A stretch of 64,000 nucleotides of DNA from positions 19,328-83,327 of the forward strand of contig JAYPAO010000004.1 of assembly GCA_038123695.1 (NCBI GenBank), read 5' to 3'. Both the position numbers and the translations under genes were made by a program. This DNA comes from Polaribacter sp. GTDB taxonomy: Bacteria; Bacteroidota; Bacteroidia; Flavobacteriales; Flavobacteriaceae. The notes beneath the pieces are model-generated. The model did not search any database. It was given only the letters and a program-made list of their open reading frames with translations, and was not told the DNA's origin. Positions 30,236 to 40,994 of the stretch are shown here, piece by piece; the stretch's first letter is position 1; the number at the start of each line of letters is the position of its first letter.

Positions 30236-30967
30236 TTAACTTCTTTTTTCTTTCTGAACCTCGGCCTCCTCTATGGTTCTTGCTTTTGTTAATGCTGTTG
30301 CCATTATTCCAGCCGGTAATGTCACAATACCGACACCAATTATCAACACGAAAAAGGTAAATATTTTTCCACCTAGGGTAACCGGAAAAACATCACCATA
30401 ACCCACTGTGGTTAAGGTGACTATAGCCCACCACAAACTATCAAAAATAGAACTGAATAATTTAGGTTGTGCTTCATTTTCAAAGAAATAAATTCCAGCA
30501 GCTGAGAGAAAAATTAATATTGACGCAACCATAAAAAACAATATGATTTCTTCGCGAACAATTTCAGCAGCAATGCGGAATCTTCGCAGTGCTCTGTTGT
30601 ATCGAACGAGTTTCAAAGCTCTGAAAATTCTGAATATCCTAAATGCTCTTAGTGACCTTAAATCAATTGCTATATTTAGGTAAAATGGCAAAATAGCCAG
30701 CAAATCAATTAATCCGAAGAAACTAAAAATGTAACGTAGCGGTTGATCTGCAACATAGATCCGAAGCAGATATTCTATGGAAAATACAACGACACAAAAA
30801 ACTTCGATGTAAAACAAAATATGTTGAAGGGCTTGGCTATTATTCGGCAGTGTCTCAAGAGAAAATGCTATTAAAGACAGGATGATGAGAACCTGAATAA
30901 TATAATCAAAAACCTTTCCTTTTCTTGAAGTATTATCTTCTACAACTGATTTTAGTTTTTCACGCAT
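30236..30967 (-). CDS. Voltage-gated-type potassium channel
   Basis: TTVGYGD selectivity filter; S4-like RSLRAFRIFRIFR. Confidence 0.92.
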   Translation of the reverse strand: MREKLKSVVEDNTSRKGKVFDYIIQVLIILSLIAFSLETLPNNSQALQHILFYIEVFCVVVFSIEYLLRIYVADQPLRYIFSFFGLIDLLAILPFYLNIAIDLRSLRAFRIFRIFRALKLVRYNRALRRFRIAAEIVREEIILFFMVASILIFLSAAGIYFFENEAQPKLFSSIFDSLWWAIVTLTTVGYGDVFPVTLGGKIFTFFVLIIGVGIVTLPAGIMATALTKARTIEEAEVQKEKRS

Positions 30968-31136
30968 TACAAGTCAGTTTTGTAGGTCTAAAATAAAAAA
31001 AATATGATTTTCTGTGCCTTACATTTTGACTACAGTAAAGGTCATCAGTAAAAACCTTGGAAAAAGGCTCTGAAATCCGGTTCTTTTCTTATTTAAAATG
31101 GCGTTATTATGTATCGAAAAGAAAATGCTATAAACA

Positions 31137-31166
31137 AAAACTACTCCATTACAATTCATGGAGTAA
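31137..31166 (-). terminator. Intrinsic terminator
   Basis: Minus strand TACTCCAT-gaattgta-ATGGAGTA-gttttt. Confidence 0.6.
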
Positions 31167-31191
31167 CGTCTGAGTTATAAATAAACTGGTA

Positions 31192-32442
31192 TTATGAAAC
31201 TAAGGCAGCAGCGATACGCTTATACGTTCCATTCTCTAATTTCTCACGAATTCCGGAAAAGGCCGTAATAGTCTCATCGATATCTTCTTGTGTATGCGTA
31301 GCGGTAGGAATCAATCGTAAGATAATTAATCCTCTTGGAATGACAGGATACACAACAATTGAACAGAATACACCATAATTTTCTCTAAGGTCATTTACCA
31401 TAGCCATTGCTTCAGGAATATCACCTTTCAGGTAAACTGGTGTGATACAAGTCTGAGTTGTTCCTAAATCGAAACCAGCAGTCCGCAATCCATTTTGTAG
31501 TGCATTCGTATTTTCCCATAACTTATCTTTAAGCTCTGGCATTTTACGAATCATATCTAAACGTTTCAATGCTCCTTTCACCATTGCCATTGGCAATGAC
31601 TTCGCAAACATTTGAGAACGCATATTGTATTGTAAGAATTGAATTACATCTTTGTCACCGGCAAGGAAAGCCCCAATACCAGCCATTGACTTCGCAAAAG
31701 TTGCAAAATAAACGTCAATCTGATCCTGTACTCCCTGTTCATAACCTGTACCTCTTCCTCCTTCTCCTAAGGTTCCGAACCCATGAGCATCATCAACTAA
31801 TAATCTAAAGTTATATTTTTCTTTTAAGGCACAGATTTCTTTTAAACGTCCTTGTTCACCTCTCATTCCAAAAACACCCTCTGAAATCGCTAAAATACCT
31901 CCTCCAGTCTTTTCAGCCATTCGAACGGCACGTTTCATATTTTTCTCAAAACTTTCAATATCATTGTGTTTGTACACAAATCGTTTTCCTGGGTGAAGAC
32001 GCACTCCATCAATGATGCACGCATGCGTATCAACGTCGTACACAATGATATCGTTTTTACCGACTAAGGCATCAATTGCAGACATAATCCCTTGGTATCC
32101 GAAGTTTACCAAATACGACTTTTCTTTACCTACAAACTCAGCACATTCCTGCTCTAATTGTTCATGATATTTAGAGTGACCAGACATCATTCTTGCACCC
32201 ATAGGATAAGCCATACCATGCTCAGCAGCAGCTTCGGTATCAATCTTTATGATTTCTGGGTGATTCGCAAGACCTAGGTAATCATTAATACTCCAAGTAA
32301 TGACACGTTTACCATTGAAAAGCATTCGATTTGAAATTGGCCCTTCTAATTTTGGAAATACATAATAGCCCTCTGCTTTATCGGCCCAATTTCCTAGAGG
32401 TCCTTTGTCTGCTTTTATACGGTCAAATAAGTCATTCGTCAT
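31192..32442 (-). CDS. Alpha-oxoamine synthase family PLP acyltransferase; likely cysteate fatty-acyltransferase for sulfonolipid synthesis
   Basis: NDYLGL, HACIIDG, VDDAHGFG, TFAKS; adjacent to a cysteine-synthase-family gene. Confidence 0.75.
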   Translation of the reverse strand: MTNDLFDRIKADKGPLGNWADKAEGYYVFPKLEGPISNRMLFNGKRVITWSINDYLGLANHPEIIKIDTEAAAEHGMAYPMGARMMSGHSKYHEQLEQECAEFVGKEKSYLVNFGYQGIMSAIDALVGKNDIIVYDVDTHACIIDGVRLHPGKRFVYKHNDIESFEKNMKRAVRMAEKTGGGILAISEGVFGMRGEQGRLKEICALKEKYNFRLLVDDAHGFGTLGEGGRGTGYEQGVQDQIDVYFATFAKSMAGIGAFLAGDKDVIQFLQYNMRSQMFAKSLPMAMVKGALKRLDMIRKMPELKDKLWENTNALQNGLRTAGFDLGTTQTCITPVYLKGDIPEAMAMVNDLRENYGVFCSIVVYPVIPRGLIILRLIPTATHTQEDIDETITAFSGIREKLENGTYKRIAAALVS

Positions 32443-32519
32443 AATTTCTCAATTAAGTAGTCAATGTGCAAATTAACCTATTTTTTTGCAGTTTTTCAAA
32501 TGTTTAATCTACAAACGTT

Positions 32520-33515
32520 TTAGATGAATTTTTGATCCTCCATCCAAGTATTACTATAGACCTTGTTCAGGTAGCGAGAACCATGATCTGCGAATAGAAG
32601 TACCACATAACTATGCGCTGTAAATACACCTTTTTTGGCGTATTGTTTGGTAGCACACCATACAGCACCTGTAGTATACCCACCAAAAATCCCCTCGGTT
32701 TCAAGAATTTCTCTAGCACATAGAGCTGCTTCTTTGTCGGTTACTTTTTCATAGGTATCAATAACCGAAAAATCTGTAGCGGACGGAATTAAATTCTTAC
32801 CGAGTCCTTCAATTTTGTAAGGCTTGATTTCACTCGGGTCCAATTCACCTGTTTCATGGTATTTCTTTAAGACGGATCCAACAGCATCAACACCAAGAAT
32901 TTGAATATCCGGATTTTGCTCTTTTAAGTATTTACCGGTTCCTGAAATAGTTCCACCTGTTCCACTAGCCACAACAACATGCGTTACTTTTCCATCGGTT
33001 TGCTTCCAAATTTCTGGACCAGTGGATCTGTAGTGGGCTTCAATATTTAAATCATTAAAATATTGGTTGATGTAAATAGAATTTGGAGTTCTTTTATGAA
33101 TTGCTTTAGCTACTTCGTAATATGATCTTGGATCATCAGGTTTTACATTTGCAGGACATACATGTACCTCAGCTCCCATGCATTGCAGCATCTCAATTTT
33201 ATCGGTTGATGATTTATCGCTAACAGCTAAAATACATTTGTATCCTTTTACAAGACTAATCATTGCAAGGCTAAAACCTGTATTTCCAGAAGTAGTTTCA
33301 ACGATTGTAGCACCCGGTTTTAGAATTCCCTTTTCTTCTGCATTTTCAATAATATGTAGTGCAATTCTATCTTTTGCAGAGTGACCGGGATTGAAGGATT
33401 CTAATTTGGCTACGAACTTACCTTTTAAACCTTTGGTTATTGTATTTAACTCAACCATTGGTGTATTTCCAATAAGTTCTAGAATGTTTTTATGAATCTT
33501 TGGGTTCTGTTCCAT
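32520..33515 (-). CDS. PLP-dependent cysteine synthase/CBS family protein (possible cysteate synthase)
   Basis: [32 protein letters not shown]. Confidence 0.8.
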   Translation of the reverse strand: MEQNPKIHKNILELIGNTPMVELNTITKGLKGKFVAKLESFNPGHSAKDRIALHIIENAEEKGILKPGATIVETTSGNTGFSLAMISLVKGYKCILAVSDKSSTDKIEMLQCMGAEVHVCPANVKPDDPRSYYEVAKAIHKRTPNSIYINQYFNDLNIEAHYRSTGPEIWKQTDGKVTHVVVASGTGGTISGTGKYLKEQNPDIQILGVDAVGSVLKKYHETGELDPSEIKPYKIEGLGKNLIPSATDFSVIDTYEKVTDKEAALCAREILETEGIFGGYTTGAVWCATKQYAKKGVFTAHSYVVLLFADHGSRYLNKVYSNTWMEDQKFI

Positions 33516-33593
33516 TTTAGCGAGACAAAAGTACAATTCCTGTTGAATTGTCCTTAAAAATTCAAGATAAATTTCCTCAATTTATGAAGATTC

Positions 33594-35714
33594 TTATTCA
33601 GGATTTATGAGTTCAGTATCTACCAATTTGTTTTCAAGTGCTAACAGAAAGGTATAATCCATTGCAGTCTCTTTTAAAGCATCAAATCGACCAGATGCGC
33701 CTCCATGTCCAGTACCCATGTTGGTTTTGAGTAAAAGTACATTGTTATCCGTTTTCAACTCTCTCAACTTCGCCACCCATTTAGCAGGTTCCCAGTATTG
33801 TACTTGAGAATCATGAAATCCTGTAGTAACCAATATACTCGGGTAATTTTGTGCTTTCACCTGATCGTAAGGCGAATATGATTTGATATAATCGTAGTAT
33901 TCTTGATTCTTCGGATTGCCCCATTCGTCAAATTCACCTGTGGTTAATGGAATGGATTCATCCAACATTGTTGAAACAACATCAACAAATGGCACTGCAG
34001 CAAGTACTCCATTGTACAATTCTGGATTCATATTCAAAATTGCACCCATTAATAATCCACCAGCAGATCCACCCATCGCATACAAATGCTGCGCTGAAGT
34101 GTAATTATTTTCAATTAAGAACTTCGAACAATCAACAAAGTCGGTGAATGTATTCTTTTTATTCAACATTTTCCCGTCTTCATACCATTCACGCCCTAAG
34201 TATTGACCGCCTCTAATATGCGCTAAGGCATAGACAAATCCTCTATCTAACAAGCTCAATCGAGTCGTTGAAAATCGATCTCCAATCGTTGCACCATAAG
34301 ATCCATAGGCATATTGTAAAATAGGGGTATCTTTCCCTAACAAAGTGTTTTTGTGATATACCAAAGAAATGGGTACTTTTTTACCATCTCTAGCAGTAGC
34401 CCATACGCGTTTACTTTTATAATTTGATTTTACAAACTTTCCATCCATTACTTCCTGCTCCTTTAGAATCGTTTTTTCTTGAGTATTCATATTAAAATCG
34501 ATGATGGAGTTTGGAGTTGTAAATGAGTTGTACGAATATCGAATGATATCTGTATCAAATTCAGAATTAGAATACACCCCTACTGTATACGTTTCTTCAT
34601 CGAACGGAAGGTAATAATCTTGAGATTCATCCCATTTCTTAAAACGGACTTTGTCTAAACCGTTCGTACGCTCTTCTAGGACCAAGAAATCCTTAAAAAT
34701 CGAAAAGCTTTCTAAAAGCGTATCATCTCTATGCGGAATCACATCAACCCAATTTTCCTTTGATGGGCTTGAAACCGGGGTTTTCATCAATTTAAAATTA
34801 ATCGCTTTATCCTTATTGGTTAAGATATAAAAACTATCACCATAATGAGAGACTGAATATTCATGATCTCGCTCTCTAGGTTGAATTAGTTGAAATTCAC
34901 CAAATGGATTATTGGCGTCTAGAAATTGTGCCTCGGTCGATACTGTGCTGTAGGAGCCAATAATGATATATTGTCTCGATTTAGACTTGGTAACATACGT
35001 ACCAAATGTTTCATCCTTCTCATGATATACTTCCACGTCTTCGGATGCTGGCGTACCCAAAATATGACGGTAAATTTTCTCACTTCGCAACGTCGTTGGA
35101 TTTTTCTTCGTATAAAAAATTGTCTTATTATCATTTGCCCAAACTGATCCACCCGTTGTGTTTTCGATAATATCATCAAGGATTTTACCTGTTTTTAAAT
35201 CTTTTATTCGCAAGAAATACTGTCTTCTACTAACCGTGTCTGTCGCAAAAACGACAAATCTATTATTTGGTGATACATTTAAACTACCCAAATGAAAATA
35301 ATCATAACCATTTGCTTCTTTATTCACATCAAAGAGAACTTCTTCTGAAGCTTTTAATGATCCTTTTTTTCTAGAATAAATTGGATATTGATTTCCTGTT
35401 TCGTATCTGATATTGTAATAATAGCCGTTATCTTTATATGGCACTGAAGAATCATCCTCTTTAATCCTTCCTTTCATTTCAAGAAAAAGTTTCTCCTGGA
35501 AAGATTTTGTGTAATCCATTACAGTGTCATAATAAGTGTTTTCAACCTCAAGATAATCAATTACTTCTTGCGTGTGTTCATCCTTTACTGACGCATTTTT
35601 TTGTGCATCAGATATGCGCATCCAATGGTAATTATCAATTCGAATATCGCCATGCATTTTAAATTTTACAGGTTCCTTTTTAGCAACAGGCGTATGTACC
35701 TTTTTATGATTCAT
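33594..35714 (-). CDS. ptrB: Oligopeptidase B (S9A)
   Basis: GGSAGG nucleophile, HDSQVQYWEPAKWVAKLR, GHGGASGRF. Confidence 0.93.
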   Translation of the reverse strand: MNHKKVHTPVAKKEPVKFKMHGDIRIDNYHWMRISDAQKNASVKDEHTQEVIDYLEVENTYYDTVMDYTKSFQEKLFLEMKGRIKEDDSSVPYKDNGYYYNIRYETGNQYPIYSRKKGSLKASEEVLFDVNKEANGYDYFHLGSLNVSPNNRFVVFATDTVSRRQYFLRIKDLKTGKILDDIIENTTGGSVWANDNKTIFYTKKNPTTLRSEKIYRHILGTPASEDVEVYHEKDETFGTYVTKSKSRQYIIIGSYSTVSTEAQFLDANNPFGEFQLIQPRERDHEYSVSHYGDSFYILTNKDKAINFKLMKTPVSSPSKENWVDVIPHRDDTLLESFSIFKDFLVLEERTNGLDKVRFKKWDESQDYYLPFDEETYTVGVYSNSEFDTDIIRYSYNSFTTPNSIIDFNMNTQEKTILKEQEVMDGKFVKSNYKSKRVWATARDGKKVPISLVYHKNTLLGKDTPILQYAYGSYGATIGDRFSTTRLSLLDRGFVYALAHIRGGQYLGREWYEDGKMLNKKNTFTDFVDCSKFLIENNYTSAQHLYAMGGSAGGLLMGAILNMNPELYNGVLAAVPFVDVVSTMLDESIPLTTGEFDEWGNPKNQEYYDYIKSYSPYDQVKAQNYPSILVTTGFHDSQVQYWEPAKWVAKLRELKTDNNVLLLKTNMGTGHGGASGRFDALKETAMDYTFLLALENKLVDTELINPE

Positions 35715-35842
35715 TGCATTTTTTTTATTAGTTGCAAAATTAGATAATAAAAGTACAATTCCGATTGTCTTTTTTTATCAATATGCATTGGGTTAAAAAA
35801 GGCTGAATTTAGTAATTTTATAAACGATTAAAAAAAGAAATT

Positions 35843-36166
35843 ATGTTTGGAGATTTATCTGGAATGATGAATAAGCTGAAAGAGGCGAAACAAAAAGTAG
35901 AAGAGACAAAAAACCGATTAAACACCGTTTTAATTGATGAGAATTCAAGTGATCATAAGATTAAAGTCACGTTGACTGCCAATCGCGAGATCAAAAGCAT
36001 CAGCATTGATGAATCATTACTTCAAGATACTGAAGAACTAGAAGATTACTTGGTTATCACATTGAACAAGGCGATTGAAAGAGCTTCTAAAATTAACGAA
36101 ACGGAAATGGCAGCGGCTGCGAAAAGCGGAATGCCAAACATTCCTGGAATGGATATGTTTAAATAA
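35843..36166 (+). CDS. YbaB/EbfC family nucleoid-associated protein
   Basis: Size, [17 protein letters not shown]...[13 protein letters not shown]-terminal MPNIPGM. Confidence 0.88.
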   Translation: MFGDLSGMMNKLKEAKQKVEETKNRLNTVLIDENSSDHKIKVTLTANREIKSISIDESLLQDTEELEDYLVITLNKAIERASKINETEMAAAAKSGMPNIPGMDMFK

Positions 36167-36172
36167 TTTATT

Positions 36173-36466
36173 TTGAATTTAGAGAACTACTTATTACCAT
36201 GTGTGAATAAAATGTTATTTGGCATTGAATGCCCTGGCTGTGGTTTTCAACGTTCCGTTTTGTATGTAATAAACGGTAATTTTGACGAAGCCTTTTACTC
36301 ATACCCAGCTATTTACACGATTATCCTTCTTTTTATAGTATTGATTTTCAACTTCGTTTTCAAATTCAAAAAGAGAAGAAAAGTTTTACTTTTACTAGTG
36401 TATGTGAATGCAATTGTAATAATCCTTAGTTATGGTATTAAAATGAGCTACTTATTGTATCTTTAA
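36173..36466 (+). CDS. DUF2752 domain membrane protein
   Basis: PC..K.LFGIECPGCGFQRS. Confidence 0.85.
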   Translation: MNLENYLLPCVNKMLFGIECPGCGFQRSVLYVINGNFDEAFYSYPAIYTIILLFIVLIFNFVFKFKKRRKVLLLLVYVNAIVIILSYGIKMSYLLYL

Positions 36467-36469
36467 ACT

Positions 36470-36808
36470 ATGGATAAACAACCACTCCCTCATGCTACGA
36501 CATCTCTGGCCTTAGGAATTCTTTCAATTCTAACCTGTATTTGTTACGGAATTATTGGACTCCCACTAGGAATCGTAGCTTATGTTTTGGGAAGAAAAGC
36601 GCTTCGAAATTATTCTGAAAATCCAGAAGCTTATCGTCTAAACCGCAATGCTGCCGCTGGAAAAATTTTAGGTGGCATAGGTGTTGTCGTAAATTTGATC
36701 TATATACTTCTTGTCCTTTGGGTGATCTACCAAGTAGGTTGGGATGCGATGCAAGATCCGGAGGTATTAAAAGAGCGGATCGAAGAAATGCGCCTTTTAC
36801 ATCGTTAA
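36470..36808 (+). CDS. CCC-motif / DUF4190-like membrane protein
   Basis: LPHATTSLALGILSILTCICYG...AGKILGGIG. Confidence 0.75.
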   Translation: MDKQPLPHATTSLALGILSILTCICYGIIGLPLGIVAYVLGRKALRNYSENPEAYRLNRNAAAGKILGGIGVVVNLIYILLVLWVIYQVGWDAMQDPEVLKERIEEMRLLHR

Positions 36809-36816
36809 TTTTTTTC

Positions 36817-37257
36817 TTACGCAAATACACCTAACAACCCTGCAATTATGGCGAGGGCATAAAGTGATAATACAATTATCGTGAAAACACCTATGAATTT
36901 GTAATGTGATTTCAGTATTTCTAAGGCGGATGCTAATTCTTCATCCTCTTTTGATTTCAAAGCCGATTTCAATCGTTTGGAAAACTTAAAAAGAAATAAA
37001 ATTGGAAAAAAGTAAATTAGGGCAACGATTACATAAACCGCTGTCATGAATAAGCCAACATCAAAAGGTGATTCTTGACTGAATTGAGCCATATTATTGT
37101 AAATACTATTGGCAGATACAGCGATAAGAACTAATAAGCCTACAAATATAAATCCGATAATGGACAAGAAATAAGTCCAACCCGCAATTTCTTTTAAGAA
37201 AGACCTCGAATGAGCATTCAGATTTAATTCAGTTAATTGTGTTACCTCACCCTTCAT
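36817..37257 (-). CDS. DUF5362-like membrane protein
   Basis: [17 protein letters not shown]...YFFP..LFKFS...LKSHYKFIG. Confidence 0.75.
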   Translation of the reverse strand: MKGEVTQLTELNLNAHSRSFLKEIAGWTYFLSIIGFIFVGLLVLIAVSANSIYNNMAQFSQESPFDVGLFMTAVYVIVALIYFFPILFLFKFSKRLKSALKSKEDEELASALEILKSHYKFIGVFTIIVLSLYALAIIAGLLGVFA

Positions 37258-38509
37258 TTACAAGTACTTTTGGTTGAAATTCCTGAATTGTATTTTTAAT
37301 GATAGTTAGGCATTCCATCAATTCTTTTTCGGTCATTACCAATGGCGGTGCAAATCGAATAATATTACCATGAGTCGGTTTCGCTAATAATCCGTTTTCC
37401 TTTAATCGCACGCAAATATCCCAAGCCATATTACTTTGCTCCGGATCGTTAATCACAACTGCATTCAATAATCCTTTTCCTCTAACTGTCTTGATGATAT
37501 CGTAATGTTTTGAAAACTCAAGAAGTTCTCTTCTAAAGATTTCGCCCATTTTCTGAGCATTTTCTTCTAGGTTCTCTTCTAAAGCTACTTCCAAGGCTGC
37601 CATGGCGACACGACAAGCCAAAGGATTTCCTCCAAATGTAGAACCGTGTTCTCCTGGCTTGATGGTTAGCATAATTTCATCATCAGCTAAAACAGCAGAT
37701 ACTGGGAATACACCACCTGAAAGGGCTTTTCCTAAAATTAAAATATCTGGTTTTACATTTTCATGCTGACAGCAATAGAGCTTTCCGGTTCTTGAAATCC
37801 CGGTTTGAACTTCATCAGCGATAAATAATACATTTTTGCTTTTACATAGGTCAGCAGCTTTTTTCAAATACCCATCATCTGGTACCACAACGCCAGCTTC
37901 ACCTTGGATTGGCTCAACCATAAATCCGGCAACATTTGAATCTTCTAAGGCTTTTTCTAAAGCATCTATGTCATTGTATTTTACAATTTCAAATCCAGGT
38001 AAATATGGACCATAATCACTGTATGCACTTGGATCAGTTGATGAAGAAACCGCGGCTAGGGTTCTTCCCCAGAAGTTGTTTTCTGCGAATAAAATTTTCG
38101 CTTTGTTTTCTTCAATTCCTTTAACCTTGTAGGCCCACTTTCTACATAATTTAATGGCGGTTTCTCCACCTTCAACACCGGTATTCATTGGTAAAACTTT
38201 ATCGTATCCAAATAAATCGGTAATGAATTTTTCATACGCTCCCAAAACATCATTATGAAATGCGCGAGAGGTTAAGGTTAATTTTTGGGCTTGTTCTGTA
38301 AGGGCATCTACAATTTTTGGATGGCAATGACCTTGATTAACCGCTGAATAGGCAGATAAAAAATCATAGTAATGATTTCCTTCTAAATCCCATACATGTA
38401 CCCCTTCTCCTTTTTTTAATACTACGGGTAATGGATGGTAATTATGGGCTCCATATTTTTCTTCTAATTCAATTGCTTGTTGTGATGTTAGACGGTCTAA
38501 AACAGACAT
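37247..38509 (-). CDS. rocD: Ornithine--oxo-acid transaminase
   Basis: [44 protein letters not shown]. Confidence 0.96.
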   Translation of the reverse strand: MSVLDRLTSQQAIELEEKYGAHNYHPLPVVLKKGEGVHVWDLEGNHYYDFLSAYSAVNQGHCHPKIVDALTEQAQKLTLTSRAFHNDVLGAYEKFITDLFGYDKVLPMNTGVEGGETAIKLCRKWAYKVKGIEENKAKILFAENNFWGRTLAAVSSSTDPSAYSDYGPYLPGFEIVKYNDIDALEKALEDSNVAGFMVEPIQGEAGVVVPDDGYLKKAADLCKSKNVLFIADEVQTGISRTGKLYCCQHENVKPDILILGKALSGGVFPVSAVLADDEIMLTIKPGEHGSTFGGNPLACRVAMAALEVALEENLEENAQKMGEIFRRELLEFSKHYDIIKTVRGKGLLNAVVINDPEQSNMAWDICVRLKENGLLAKPTHGNIIRFAPPLVMTEKELMECLTIIKNTIQEFQPKVLVNEG

Positions 38510-38703
38510 TCTTATTCATTTTTAAATTGATAAATAACCATTCCTGTTCTACCTTTATCTTTTCGAGAATGTCGAAAATTCAGCGTGGGAAAGAAATCAT
38601 CCCTGAAGAGGTTTCAAAGATAAAAAAAAAGCCATAGAAACTTCAGAAATCTTATCGTGGTTCTACATTCTAATTTTCTATTTTTGCAGCCTTACACATC
38701 ATT

Positions 38704-40161
38704 ATGCCAAGGAGAGAAAGAAATCCATTTGTTAAAAGAAATGAAACCATCAGCATTCAAATAGAAGACTATGCTTTTGGCGGAAAAGGAATTGGTAGAA
38801 TTCGTAATGATTACGGGGAATTTGTGGTATTTGTACCGAATACTTTACCCGGGCAATTGGTGAGTGCTAGAATTGTAAAAAGTAGAAAGAAATTTGCCGA
38901 AGCCAAGCTGGTTGAGGTCCTTGAACCTTCAAAGGATGAAGTAGAAATTTCGTATCAAGAGATACCTGGAGCTCCTTATATAAAGTTACCTGTTGCTCTT
39001 CAACATCAGTATAAAAAAGAAAGTACATTCTCACTATTTGAGAAAATAGGTAAGGTCTCTGATATTTCAGCAAAATTTGATGAGTTCGTAGAATCACCTA
39101 GCTATTTTCACTACCGCAATAAAATGGAATATGGTTTCTCTGCTATTGGCTTTGATAAAAATTTAAAATCAGATGTTGATGAGTTCACACTCGGATTCAA
39201 AAAACGAGGTGTTTGGTGGTTAGGAGAAAATCTGGATAAAGATTCTGGATTGTTCGATGCCGATGTCGAAAACCATGTGAAATCGATACGTATCTATTGT
39301 GAAAAAACAGGTTTAGATCCTTGGCACGGACCAAAAAGAGAAGGTTTTTTTCGGTATTTCGTGGTTCGTAAATCATTTCAAAACAATGAATTACTATTTA
39401 ATCTTGTAACCACTTCAACACATCTAAAACAGTTTGATCTTCAAAAATTCGGCACCTTCCTAAAAGAATTATTTGGCGATCGATTTGCTGGACTACTACA
39501 CACCATCAATGATGAAACTGGAGATCGAACCATTGCCACAAATGGAAGCGTAAACCTGGTTGTTGGTAAAGAAAAGATCATTGAAGAGCTACTCGGACTT
39601 CAATTCGAAATCAGCATGCAGAGCTTTTTTCAAACCAATCCGAAGTCAGCAGAAAAACTCTACACAAAAGTCATTGATTACGTATTTGAGGAAAATACCG
39701 AAATTGAGAATTCTGTGGTTTTAGATCTTTTCTGCGGAACAGGAACCATAGGTCAATTGGTCGCTTCTAGAATTCCGAATGCCAAGGTAATCGGAATCGA
39801 TATTGTCGCTTCAGCCATTGAAGACGCAAAGAAAAACGCCTTAAGAAATAATGTTTCTAATGTTGAGTTTTTTGCAGATGATGTAGGTAAATTCCTTCAA
39901 AATCAACCGCAATTTGTAAATCAGATTAAAACTATAATTCTAGACCCTGCAAGAGCCGGTATTGCGCCCAAAACCTTGCAGAAGATTATTAACATCAATG
40001 CCAATCGAATAATTTACGTATCCTGCAATCCTGCGACTCAAGCGCGAGATACAGAAATGTTGCAGGAAGCAGGATATACTTTTGAAAAATTTAGTTTAGT
40101 CGATCAATTTCCGCATACTTCTCATATTGAATCCGTTGCTTTATTCAAAAAGTTAAACTAA
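38704..40161 (+). CDS. rlmD: 23S rRNA (uracil-C5)-methyltransferase RlmD (TRAM domain)
   Basis: SFFQTN, DLFCGTGTIG, DPARAG, YVSCNPATQARD, DQFPHT. Confidence 0.9.
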   Translation: MPRRERNPFVKRNETISIQIEDYAFGGKGIGRIRNDYGEFVVFVPNTLPGQLVSARIVKSRKKFAEAKLVEVLEPSKDEVEISYQEIPGAPYIKLPVALQHQYKKESTFSLFEKIGKVSDISAKFDEFVESPSYFHYRNKMEYGFSAIGFDKNLKSDVDEFTLGFKKRGVWWLGENLDKDSGLFDADVENHVKSIRIYCEKTGLDPWHGPKREGFFRYFVVRKSFQNNELLFNLVTTSTHLKQFDLQKFGTFLKELFGDRFAGLLHTINDETGDRTIATNGSVNLVVGKEKIIEELLGLQFEISMQSFFQTNPKSAEKLYTKVIDYVFEENTEIENSVVLDLFCGTGTIGQLVASRIPNAKVIGIDIVASAIEDAKKNALRNNVSNVEFFADDVGKFLQNQPQFVNQIKTIILDPARAGIAPKTLQKIININANRIIYVSCNPATQARDTEMLQEAGYTFEKFSLVDQFPHTSHIESVALFKKLN

Positions 40162-40220
40162 ATCCGATTGAGTATTAGAATTCCAAAATTCGATTATTTT
40201 AGCAATTCAAATCACTTTAC

Positions 40221-40511
40221 ATGGAAAAACTAAGCGATATAGAAATTCAAAAAAGCATCTCAAAATTAACAGATTGGGAATATTATGACGATGCGATCCA
40301 TACGAGCTTTGAATTCGATAATTTCAAAGACTGTATTAACGCGATGCAACGGATTGCTTTTGAATGTGAAGCTTTGAATCATCATCCAGAATGGACCAAT
40401 GTGTATAATGTATTAGACATTAAGTTGACTACACATGATGTTGGTGGCGTTACGATATTAGATATTGAACTGGCAGAAATAATTGATAAACTAATCGAAG
40501 TAGAAGAATAA
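40221..40511 (+). CDS. Pterin-4-alpha-carbinolamine dehydratase
   Basis: NHHPEWTNVYN...LTTHDVGG. Confidence 0.92.
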   Translation: MEKLSDIEIQKSISKLTDWEYYDDAIHTSFEFDNFKDCINAMQRIAFECEALNHHPEWTNVYNVLDIKLTTHDVGGVTILDIELAEIIDKLIEVEE

Positions 40512-40994
40512 ATGTCGAAAAAACTTTTGTATTTGATAGTCGGTATAATGACCGTCATGGCGTGCGAAAAAGATGATTTTTGCACTGAAAATCCAGTGAC
40601 ACCTAAATTGATTTTACGCTTTTATGATGATGCCAATCCGCAAAATGTGAAGGCTGTTCAACGTTTATCAATCATTGGACAAGGTATAACGGACAGCTTA
40701 TTTACCAATCAAAATATAGATAGCATCTCTATTCCGTTAAATTCGGCTTCATCTTCTACTACTTATGTTTTTAAAATGAATGATGGGAATGGTTCTACAG
40801 TGACGAATCAAGTAGAAACCCTGACTATTAATTACGATATCTCAGATACATTTGTTTCTCGTTCCTGCGGATTTAAGGCGAATTTTAAAAATGTTGTTCT
40901 AACAGGATCAGGAAATTGGATAAAAAATATCACTCCTATTAACACTTCATCATTAGATGATCAAACTCAAGCTCATGTGCAGATATTTCATTAG
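40512..40994 (+). CDS. DUF6452-like lipoprotein
   Basis: Lipobox VMA-C-EKDDFC; TPKLILRFYD; FVSRSCGF. Confidence 0.7.
   Translation: MSKKLLYLIVGIMTVMACEKDDFCTENPVTPKLILRFYDDANPQNVKAVQRLSIIGQGITDSLFTNQNIDSISIPLNSASSSTTYVFKMNDGNGSTVTNQVETLTINYDISDTFVSRSCGFKANFKNVVLTGSGNWIKNITPINTSSLDDQTQAHVQIFH

Noticed and set aside
31192-32442. Annotation as bioF or serine palmitoyltransferase
   Set aside because: No bio genes nearby; linkage to the cysteine-synthase-like gene favours a cysteate acyltransferase, though unproven
38431-38637. 68-aa plus-strand ORF
   Set aside because: Antisense to the rocD start and leader; no coding features
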